From positions 1-44,030 of IMG/VR virus record IMGVR_UViG_3300036773_000018: 44,030 bases of DNA, one strand, 5' to 3'. Under the pieces are notes generated by a model. The model was not told where the DNA came from, ran no database searches, and saw only the letters and a program-made list of their open reading frames with translations. Source of the DNA: a virus (lineage: Duplodnaviria; Caudoviricetes). The translations under genes were made by a program, and so were the position numbers. Within the stretch, counting starts at the first letter, position 1, and the number at the start of each line of letters is the position of its first letter. This document shows positions 8,436-15,112 of the stretch, piece by piece.

Positions 8436-8558
8436 ATATACACCACTAGGTAAGGCTGACACGCAGAATCGGGTGACATCCTGTTCGGGTCGGGCAAGGC
8501 GGACATTGGGCGGTCTCCCCGGCGAGCCTGAACAGTTTAGCGGGGTGGTGCAAGTCGA

Positions 8559-8690
8559 TCAAGCTCGCCCACGGCGATGTTTCGGCACCCGACCACCCCG
8601 GATCTTCAGCTCTCGACCGCATTGCGTGCACGTCATCTTCCCTGCGAAGACGGGCACCTTCTTCTTCTCCGCGCAACACCACGCCTTCAC
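8559..8690 (-). CDS. Small Cys-rich zinc-ribbon-like protein (43 aa)
   Basis: WCC...CTQCG..L.......PKH; the start overlaps the previous stop (GTGA). Confidence 0.5.
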   Translation of the reverse strand: MKAWCCAEKKKVPVFAGKMTCTQCGRELKIRGGRVPKHRRGRA

Positions 8691-8875
8691 GCGCGGTCCG
8701 CCCACTGCGCTGTGAGCACCGCGCCGAGGTACGCCACCCCGAGCACAACAGCCGCCGTGAACACTCTCCACGTCGCGTCCATGATCCACTCCCCCGCGAG
8801 GATCATGCCCGCCGCGACGAACAGCCACGCGACAACAGCCGCGCTACCGAGCGTCTTCTTCGTCTGGCTTTCCAT
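8687..8875 (-). CDS. Small two-TM membrane protein
   Basis: MESQTKK followed by two hydrophobic stretches. Confidence 0.65.
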   Translation of the reverse strand: MESQTKKTLGSAAVVAWLFVAAGMILAGEWIMDATWRVFTAAVVLGVAYLGAVLTAQWADRA

Positions 8876-9053
8876 TGCTGCCCTCCCTCTGCGCGTCTCT
8901 GAGTGCGCGTTGTATGTCGATGCGGAGCCACCGCCGATGACCGCCGAGTGTACGCGTCGCGCGGGGGAGCCCGCCGGATGCCTCCCACCGCGCGATCGTG
9001 CGTACATCGACACGGAACAGCGCAGCTACCTCCGCGGTGCCGAGATCATCCAT
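8844..9053 (-). CDS. BldC-like / MerR-excisionase-type HTH DNA-binding protein
   Basis: AEVAALFRVDVRTIARW..G.L....RTLGGHRRW closely matches the actinobacterial BldC signature. Confidence 0.85.
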   Translation of the reverse strand: MDDLGTAEVAALFRVDVRTIARWEASGGLPRATRTLGGHRRWLRIDIQRALRDAQREGSNGKPDEEDAR

Positions 9054-9391
9054 CAGTCGGGGAGTTTCTTCTGCGCGTCGTCAGCTTCACGCGCGCGCTC
9101 CGCGAAGTAGTCACGGATCTCCTCTTGTCGTTGGATGATCCCCGCAAGGTGGAAGTCATTTTCCCCCGAGCTGGCGACTACGGATCTCAACAACTCGATT
9201 GCGGTTTGTGCTGCATGGATGTATCCCCATAGCACTGTCGACGCGTAGATGTCGCCAGTGCGGATCACCACCGCGTCATCGAGTGCGTTCGGAAACACCC
9301 ACGGTTCCGCCGCCTGGAATACCTCCTCATGGGTATCTACGAACGCATCGAACTCTGTGCGCTTGAACAGGATGTACTTATCGTCCTTCAT
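9053..9391 (-). CDS. Hypothetical protein
   Basis: 112-aa ORF translationally coupled to its neighbours. Confidence 0.7.
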   Translation of the reverse strand: MKDDKYILFKRTEFDAFVDTHEEVFQAAEPWVFPNALDDAVVIRTGDIYASTVLWGYIHAAQTAIELLRSVVASSGENDFHLAGIIQRQEEIRDYFAERAREADDAQKKLPD

Positions 9392-9669
9392 TCGTCTTCC
9401 TCTCTTTCTTCGCGATAGATCATCTCTATTGCCTCTGCGTATGCGTCGGCATCCTCGATGTGGTTCGCGAGTTGAGCGAGCTGTCTTCCATGCAACCGGA
9501 GACTACCCGACCACCCTGCCCACAATCCTCGCTCGAAGTCGCCACCAATCTGCTCGCGCGGTATGCGTCGTGATTTGAGGTGACAATCAAAGGCTTGCTC
9601 GTAGTGGGATCGTGATTCGCGACGCAGTTCCTTGACAACCTTCTCGGTAGACGCGTCGAGAAGTATCAC
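9388..9669 (-). CDS. Hypothetical protein
   Basis: 93-aa ORF with 4-bp overlaps at both ends. Confidence 0.6.
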   Translation of the reverse strand: MILLDASTEKVVKELRRESRSHYEQAFDCHLKSRRIPREQIGGDFERGLWAGWSGSLRLHGRQLAQLANHIEDADAYAEAIEMIYREEREEDE

Positions 9670-9842
9670 CTTACGTTCTCCTTCTGCTTGGCGCGGTGCC
9701 TGCGATTACCTACCGCGGCTTGACATAGCGGAGTGCAAAACTCCTGCTTGCGACCCCTCGTCGCGATCTTCCTGAACGTGGGCGCAAAACATCCCGCGCA
9801 CTGGAACTCCTCCCATTCCGGATCGTGCCAGACCAACTCCAT
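9666..9842 (-). CDS. CGNR-like zinc finger protein (58 aa)
   Basis: CAGC...FCTPLC...GNRRHR; SD (GAGGTGGAG) before ATG 9842. Confidence 0.6.
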   Translation of the reverse strand: MELVWHDPEWEEFQCAGCFAPTFRKIATRGRKQEFCTPLCQAAVGNRRHRAKQKENVR

Positions 9843-9927
9843 TGCTCCACCTCGGTGTGTCGGTATCGGGGAGCTGCGAGCATACAGCGAACCTGACAAG
9901 GCGGGCAAGGCGGGCACGCTCACGGTG

Positions 9928-10015
9928 GGTCGCGCAGCCTGTAGTGACCACCGCGGGCGACCGCGGGGGAACGCGGGCAGGAGCGTGGGGGAGAGGTCGC
10001 GCAGCCTGTAGTGAC
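9928..10015. repeat. 21-bp perfect direct repeat GGTCGCGCAGCCTGTAGTGAC, two copies
   Basis: Copies at 9928-9948 and 9995-10015 in a non-coding gap. Confidence 0.85.
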
Positions 10016-10126
10016 GCGGCCCGAGCGCGCCGAGTCCCCGCCGCGGGGATGCGGACGGGCACCGGATGGAAGGTGACCGCGCGCAGATGGTAGCCCGAGC
10101 TGGGCCGCGGCGCGCACCCGCGTTGA

Positions 10127-10167
10127 ACTAGAGCCCCACCGCGATGCCGACGCGGTGGGGCTCTAGT
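10127..10167. terminator. Perfect 17-bp inverted repeat, likely terminator of the first early operon
   Basis: ACTAGAGCCCCACCGCG-atgccga-CGCGGTGGGGCTCTAGT, downstream of the gene ending at 10293. Confidence 0.7.
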
Positions 10168-10292
10168 GGTTGTGACCTATGGCACCGCGGCCTAGCTACG
10201 CGTCGCGCGCCGCAGTCGACGGAGCTGGGCGCGGCGCGTGCGCGGGAAGGATGCGGGCGGGCCGAACGGTCGACACTGCCACCATCGCGCGA

Positions 10293-10676
10293 TCATGCGT
10301 CCCATTCTGTTGCACAGAAGTCCTCGAAGGCGGTACCGAAAACGTCGCGCAACTTCTCCCCGGATTCCCTACATGCCTCCCACGTGGCGTACGCCTTTCG
10401 GGAATCTGTGTCGTAGCCGAAGTCCGAACAGAAGTCCTCGAAGGACTGGTCACCCGACGTGGCATCCAACGCGAGGCATGACAGGAGATCACGCCTCTTC
10501 GGCGCGCCCGTCACGCCCGAGCCTACGTGGTACTCGAAGTCGCGCGCGACGCGCTTGCCGCCGATCTCGAATGACACCGTAGCGTCGTAGTGACGCGATC
10601 CCTCCGACCATCCATCCACCGCGTCCGCGTGGTGCCACGCGTCCTCGAAAGACACGTCAACGTCTGACAGCTCCAT
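10293..10676 (-). CDS. Acidic early phage protein
   Basis: Strong SD GGGAGG. Contains the phage-type motif LLSCLALDA...FEDFCSDFGYDTDSRKA. Confidence 0.8.
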   Translation of the reverse strand: MELSDVDVSFEDAWHHADAVDGWSEGSRHYDATVSFEIGGKRVARDFEYHVGSGVTGAPKRRDLLSCLALDATSGDQSFEDFCSDFGYDTDSRKAYATWEACRESGEKLRDVFGTAFEDFCATEWDA

Positions 10677-10694
10677 GATTGATCCTCCCTATCG

Positions 10695-10755
10695 TCGCTT
10701 GACTCATCGGCGCGGGAGTAGCGAACTGCCCGCGGACTCCTCCCGGAGTTTCGTC
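10695..10755 (-). ncRNA. Type II hammerhead ribozyme HH1 (U4C core variant)
   Basis: Minus strand: GAC-GAAA-CUCC(GGGA)GGAG-UC^-CGCGGG c AGU(UCGCU)ACU CCCGCG-CCGAUGA-GUC-a-AGCGA. Stems I-III and a loop I/3' tail pseudoknot can all form. Confidence 0.85.
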
Positions 10756-10759
10756 GGGC

Positions 10760-10899
10760 CTACTCGGCGTACAACAATCCATCATCCCCGATGTAGAGAT
10801 ACGCTTCACCTAGAGCGTGCGCGGCGTCTGTCATCTCGTCACCCAGCTCCCCCAGCCCGCGGTCCCAAAACCCCGCGCCGTGACGATTGCGGTTACCAC
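10760..10899 (-). pseudogene. Internally deleted remnant of a phage gene with an RNxHGAGFWDRG motif
   Basis: A strong SD and GTG at 10899 are out of frame with NRNRHGAGFWDRGLGELGDEMTDAAHALGEAYLYIGDDGLLYAE*. Confidence 0.55.
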
Positions 10900-11450
10900 T
10901 AGATCACCTCCTCATCGTCCGCCAGAACTTCCGCGACCAACTCCGCGACCACTTCCGCGGCGTACAGCTTGTCACCGTGGAACGTGGCGTAGCAGTTCTC
11001 GATACCCCATAGACTCGCGACCTTGAGCGCGTGGGGTCTGCCCGCGGCATCCTCGCCATCGCGCAGCTCAACGACTAGACCCACGTAGCCGTTCTCCGCG
11101 ATCTCTTGCACGAGAGCGCGTTCCTTCCGAAACTCCTCCGTGCCGCGTTTCGGCGCGTCCTCCCGCGGCTGCCACCATACGAACGCGCCGCGGTCAACTT
11201 GCAACTTCTCCGCGTTGCCGTTCATGTCGTCGGGCCGATTCTTGCCGGACTCATCGGTGTAGTCGTACGCGTACTCGGAGAACGCGCCGTACGTGTCGTA
11301 GTCGCGGATGCTTGTGTCGTAGTCGATCTCGATACGGAGCGCGAGCGTGTTGCCGTCCGCTAGCTCGAATGTCGCATCGGCTCCGTACCCCGCGTTCGCG
11401 ATTAACTCGTCCGCGATGCTCGCGAGATCCTCACTTGTCATGCTCGCCAT
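10899..11450 (-). CDS. Acidic early phage protein (183 aa)
   Basis: ATG 11450 follows AGGAAAC. Contains an SLWGIE motif. Confidence 0.75.
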   Translation of the reverse strand: MASMTSEDLASIADELIANAGYGADATFELADGNTLALRIEIDYDTSIRDYDTYGAFSEYAYDYTDESGKNRPDDMNGNAEKLQVDRGAFVWWQPREDAPKRGTEEFRKERALVQEIAENGYVGLVVELRDGEDAAGRPHALKVASLWGIENCYATFHGDKLYAAEVVAELVAEVLADDEEVI

Positions 11451-11469
11451 GTTTCCTACCTTCCCGGTA

Positions 11470-11531
11470 TTGGCTTGACTCATCGGCGCGCACGTAGCCA
11501 ACGTACGCGGACGCCATCGCGGCGTTTCGTC
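11470..11531 (-). ncRNA. Type II hammerhead ribozyme HH2 (U4C core variant)
   Basis: Minus strand: GAC-GAAA-CGCC(GCGAU)GGCG-UC^-CGCGUACGU(UGGCU)ACGUGCGCG-CCGAUGA-GUC-a-AGCCA. Stems covary with HH1. Confidence 0.85.
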
Positions 11532-11892
11532 ACTCGCTAATGCGTTCAATCACGTAGCCATCCTCCCACGTGACATACAGACCCGCGTCCGCGAGCGCGG
11601 ATTCTCCGAGCGCGATGCAGTCGTGGAGATTCTGTGACGCGTCGGGATCGTCCAACCATCCCACGACATCGCGCGGGCAGTACTCCGGACGTTTCCACGG
11701 CGCGGCGTAGTGCTCCACCGCGTCGAGAAAGATGTCCGCCAGCTCGTCGCCAGTGTGAAGACTCGCTCCTTCTCTCGTCTCGAAAACCTCGTGTTTGTGC
11801 CCCGCGGCAAACTCCGCACCTTCGGGGCAGTACTCGCAATCTTCGGACGCGGGGCAATCCGCGTACGTCGCGTACGGTTGTTCAGTCACCAT
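11530..11892 (-). CDS. Acidic Cys-containing early protein
   Basis: SD GGGAGGATCAA, the same as for the 10676 gene. The stop codon abuts HH2. Confidence 0.7.
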   Translation of the reverse strand: MVTEQPYATYADCPASEDCEYCPEGAEFAAGHKHEVFETREGASLHTGDELADIFLDAVEHYAAPWKRPEYCPRDVVGWLDDPDASQNLHDCIALGESALADAGLYVTWEDGYVIERISE

Positions 11893-11971
11893 TTGCTTGA
11901 TCCTCCCGTTAGTAGCACGCGCATCATCGCGCGCGCCATCCTTTCGACCTTGACCAGCACTCGACGCGCGA

Positions 11972-12151
11972 TCACTCGTCTAACGTCCACTTGAGATCCG
12001 CGTAGGGGATACGCAGCAAGCCGGGATGCAAGCCGACAATCACCGCGTCGCGAGTGTGCTCTACGACTGTCACCATGACCAGCTCGCCCCCAATCACGGT
12101 GAGACGATCCGTACCCGTGGGGTAGAGGTTACGCGCGTGATCGGGAGTCAT
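11972..12151 (-). CDS. Small hypothetical protein (59 aa, MTPDHARNLYP...)
   Basis: Manual translation; ATGA overlap with the 12148 gene. Confidence 0.55.
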   Translation of the reverse strand: MTPDHARNLYPTGTDRLTVIGGELVMVTVVEHTRDAVIVGLHPGLLRIPYADLKWTLDE

Positions 12152-12372
12152 CGTCCCATCCTCTCCGCGCGGTATTTCGCGCCCTCTCCGTGCCCGCGGT
12201 CGTATTCGTCGCGGTACGTCTCACTCTGGCCGCGGTACTCGCCCCACGCGCCATCGTTCCATCCACGCGAATACGCCGCGTCGATGAGGACGCGGGTTGC
12301 TTGATGGGCGTTGTGGTAGGCCGCGGTTGCTGCGTCGGGATTGAACGTCTCGATATCGCGTCGCACACTCAT
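12148..12372 (-). CDS. Hypothetical protein with YxRG repeats
   Basis: 74 aa; AYSRGWNDG and EYDRGHGEG. Confidence 0.65.
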   Translation of the reverse strand: MSVRRDIETFNPDAATAAYHNAHQATRVLIDAAYSRGWNDGAWGEYRGQSETYRDEYDRGHGEGAKYRAERMGR

Positions 12373-12374
12373 CG

Positions 12375-12674
12375 TCAGTCCCCTACCGCGTCACGAGTCG
12401 CCTTGCTGGCGAGGTACACACACTGCTCCCCCACGCCGCGCAAAGTCTCGACAGGCGAGAGCGCGACGAGAGCCTGTTCGATCCTCTCGGCGGACTGTCG
12501 GTAGTTGAGTGCGCGCACGGGTTCTCCGTACTCACCTTCCATTGCCGCGCCGTAGCACGCGGTGTAGTAGGCCCGGTAAAGCATGTTCTCCGCATCACCG
12601 GGCGTCACCTTGTCGTGCGACGTGTACTCGCGTGTTGAGTGCATACCCTCATCCTTCCCTAGTCGTACTGCCAT
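12375..12674 (-). CDS. First early gene, hypothetical (start may be 12644)
   Basis: ORF next to the divergent intergenic region. Confidence 0.6.
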   Translation of the reverse strand: MAVRLGKDEGMHSTREYTSHDKVTPGDAENMLYRAYYTACYGAAMEGEYGEPVRALNYRQSAERIEQALVALSPVETLRGVGEQCVYLASKATRDAVGD

Positions 12675-12926
12675 CCTACACGCATCGGCACCCCACGCCT
12701 AGACCTTGAGCCCTATTCCCCAGATCTATTCATTATCACATCATCACGCGTGCATCATCCTCGAGCTGCACCGCGCACCCCTACCCCTACCCTCCTCCCC
12801 CATGCCCATAGACCTATAGCCATTGCCTACACCCATACGCCGCATCCCACTATCCCATTTTGTCCACCCCCCCTCCCCCCCTGGCACCGAGGCTGCTCTC
12901 TGTAAAATCACCGTGCAGCGATCGAC

Positions 12927-12954
12927 TTGCCTCCCCGTTTTACCGCACTATGAT
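12927..12954 (+). promoter_or_regulatory. Putative rightward promoter, near-leaderless
   Basis: TTGCCT-N16-TATGAT, 8 nt before ATG 12963, with no SD. Confidence 0.5.
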
Positions 12955-12962
12955 GCTCGCCT

Positions 12963-13553
12963 ATGACGACTGCTCTCGTGGTGCTCGCGGTTGGCCTATT
13001 GGTGGTATCGGCGCTGGCGGTGTGGGCCTTGACCGCTCAACTGGACCGGCTCCGTGATGCCCACGACTCGACCCTGCGCCTGGTGCTCGATCAGCACGAG
13101 GAGGCGATGGGGTTGCTGGCCGAGGAGCTGACGGCGAACCGGGCTGCGCACGAGGACACGATGCGGATGGTGCTCGCAGGCTACGAGAGGCTCGTCTACC
13201 CCGCCACCGTGCAGACGGACCAGCCCGGGGCCGACCCGAGCGCGTGGCCGGAGTGGAAGCAGTACCGGGGTGAGGGTGCAGCTCAGGTTCCTGGTGCCCG
13301 AGAGCGTCCGAAGATGCCCGACGATCCCGCGGTGACCGGCGACCTCGAGGGCGTCATGCCTGACGAACCCGCCTTCCTCGGCCTCCCGCTCGACGGCATC
13401 CCCGAAGACGCACTCCACGCCGCGCGCGTAGAGGCGATGTACGCGCCGCCCGTCGAGCCGATGCCGGAAGCCGCGGGGCCGCAGGGAGCGGTGATGATGG
13501 ACGTAGACGACCCCGACCCGTTCGGTATCGGGGCAAACGAGAGGGAAGACTGA
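12963..13553 (+). CDS. Hypothetical protein with N-terminal TM helix
   Basis: Hydrophobic N-terminus, coiled segment, Pro/acidic tail. Confidence 0.7.
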   Translation: MTTALVVLAVGLLVVSALAVWALTAQLDRLRDAHDSTLRLVLDQHEEAMGLLAEELTANRAAHEDTMRMVLAGYERLVYPATVQTDQPGADPSAWPEWKQYRGEGAAQVPGARERPKMPDDPAVTGDLEGVMPDEPAFLGLPLDGIPEDALHAARVEAMYAPPVEPMPEAAGPQGAVMMDVDDPDPFGIGANERED

Positions 13554-13554
13554 G

Positions 13555-13707
13555 ATGGACGTAGAGGAAGTTCTCATTTCGGATGAGCGGCGCAGGCTCG
13601 AAGCACTCGCGCAGGCTGTTGCGTACAGCGTGGCGCGGGGAGCGAGTGCGGAAGTCGTGGTGCAGACGGCGAAGACATTCGACACCTTCTTGCGGGATGG
13701 CGAGTGA
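13555..13707 (+). CDS. Small hypothetical protein (50 aa)
   Basis: Manual translation MDVEEVLISDE...; fills the gap between coupled genes. Confidence 0.55.
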   Translation: MDVEEVLISDERRRLEALAQAVAYSVARGASAEVVVQTAKTFDTFLRDGE

Positions 13708-13922
13708 GGTACTGCAAGAACGGGAGGTGTCTGTGCGTGGAGTTCAAGGCGCAGGACATTCGGGTGGACGCAAATATGTGCCAATGCGAGCACGGATTGG
13801 CCGAACACAACATGACGGGAACAGCGCATGAAGGTTCCATCGGGGCTCCTCCCTGCACCGAGCGAGAAGCCCGAGAAGGTTCACTCGAAGAACTCCGAAG
13901 CGGAATCGTCGGAAACTACTGA
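13704..13922 (+). CDS. Cys/His-rich small protein
   Basis: C...C.C..F........C.C.H...H pattern. Confidence 0.5.
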   Translation: MRYCKNGRCLCVEFKAQDIRVDANMCQCEHGLAEHNMTGTAHEGSIGAPPCTEREAREGSLEELRSGIVGNY

Positions 13923-14136
13923 CATTGGCCGCGTCATCGTCCAGCTCGAAGCCGCGACGCTTAACACCTGCAAACTCGTGCCGTCAACGGGTGCATGGCA
14001 ACTGGTGTTCGAGATCCCCAGCACGGAACGCGAGAAGATCCCCCTCGTTACAGCAGAACACCAACTCGCCTTCATCCTCACCCTGTCGCGGAAGAAGCGC
14101 AAGAAGCTGCGGAAGATCGCGGAGGTAACGGGATGA
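13828..14136 (+). CDS. Hypothetical protein
   Basis: 102 aa with basic C-terminus; overlaps the previous ORF. Confidence 0.5.
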   Translation: MKVPSGLLPAPSEKPEKVHSKNSEAESSETTDIGRVIVQLEAATLNTCKLVPSTGAWQLVFEIPSTEREKIPLVTAEHQLAFILTLSRKKRKKLRKIAEVTG

Positions 14137-14366
14137 GGCGACCGTTCCGCGCGCTGTGCCCCGAAGCCGATATGCGCGACGCGATGGACGATGCGGAGTT
14201 TTGGGCGCACGTCTTCGGTCAGGATATTGCCGCAGATGACATCAGTTGGGATGATGAGCCAACCGCGCAGCTCACCGCGTGTCGCGTGTGTGGAGAGTTC
14301 GGCCCATGCGGATACGACGCGGAGGGAAAGCCGATGATCCACACGACGGAGCCCGAAGATGGATAA
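14133..14366 (+). CDS. Hypothetical protein with CxxC
   Basis: ATGA overlap and SD GGAGG. Confidence 0.6.
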   Translation: MRRPFRALCPEADMRDAMDDAEFWAHVFGQDIAADDISWDDEPTAQLTACRVCGEFGPCGYDAEGKPMIHTTEPEDG

Positions 14367-14580
14367 GGATGCCATCAAGATCACTACGATCATCGAAACC
14401 ATCCTCCATCGCTACGTCGAACCGGAACTCGCGCAGAAGGTCGTGGATGAAGCGTTCGACAAGTTGGAGCCGGTCATTCAGGGAATGGTGCGCCAAGAGG
14501 TGTCGCGCCAACTCGATATGTACCTAGCGCAGATCGTGAAGGGTGGTATCAAGGTGACGTGGGAGGGAATCGGTGAGTAG
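14359..14580 (+). CDS. Hypothetical protein
   Basis: 73-aa coupled ORF. Confidence 0.6.
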   Translation: MDKDAIKITTIIETILHRYVEPELAQKVVDEAFDKLEPVIQGMVRQEVSRQLDMYLAQIVKGGIKVTWEGIGE

Positions 14581-14851
14581 CGCACAACCCTTCTCCTTCG
14601 CGGGCATGGAAGACGACCCCGAGATTCGCGCCGCGATCAAGCAACTCGCGCTCACCGCGATCGAAGAAGCCGCCGACCTCATCCAGAACGCCGCGCCCAA
14701 CGTCAAGGCGAATCTCATCAGGCAACTCCTCCCTCCCCTCGCGAAGTCTCTCGCGGCGGGGAAGGGTGAGGATGACGCGCTGAAGGAGATGCGCGTGGCG
14801 ATTGAGGCGATGTACGGCGTGGCGATGACGGAATGGGGAGGCAACGACTAA
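14573..14851 (+). CDS. Helical hypothetical protein, candidate terminase small subunit
   Basis: Position shortly upstream of TerL; no diagnostic motif. Confidence 0.35.
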   Translation: MSSAQPFSFAGMEDDPEIRAAIKQLALTAIEEAADLIQNAAPNVKANLIRQLLPPLAKSLAAGKGEDDALKEMRVAIEAMYGVAMTEWGGND

Positions 14852-15081
14852 TGCGCGCCCTCCTGCGTCGACTGGCGTTCTGGCGTAGGAAACCGCGCGA
14901 CGATCGGTGGTGGGAAGACGGCTACCCCGTCGTGATCACTCCTTTCACCGGCCAGTTCCGCGTGTTCCTCGCCCGTGAGTACTGCGCGGCGGAGTGGGAC
15001 ATCACTCTCCACCTTCACCGTCAGTTCTTCGGTGATGCAGATGAGCCGCGCGAGCTACAGGGTCTAGAGTCGTTCCAATGA
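14851..15081 (+). CDS. Hypothetical protein
   Basis: TAATG overlap with the previous gene. Confidence 0.5.
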   Translation: MRALLRRLAFWRRKPRDDRWWEDGYPVVITPFTGQFRVFLAREYCAAEWDITLHLHRQFFGDADEPRELQGLESFQ

Positions 15082-15112
15082 GCGTCTCTACGCCCCTTGC
15101 GTCCTTCCCACG

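Noticed and set aside
9928-10015. CRISPR mini-array
   Set aside because: Only two 21-bp non-palindromic repeats and no cas operon. The Cas4-like nuclease fits a phage recombination role.
11451-11549. N-terminal extension of ORF 10899..11549 in the ORF track
   Set aside because: It runs through HH2 and overlaps the upstream gene; ATG 11450 has its own SD.
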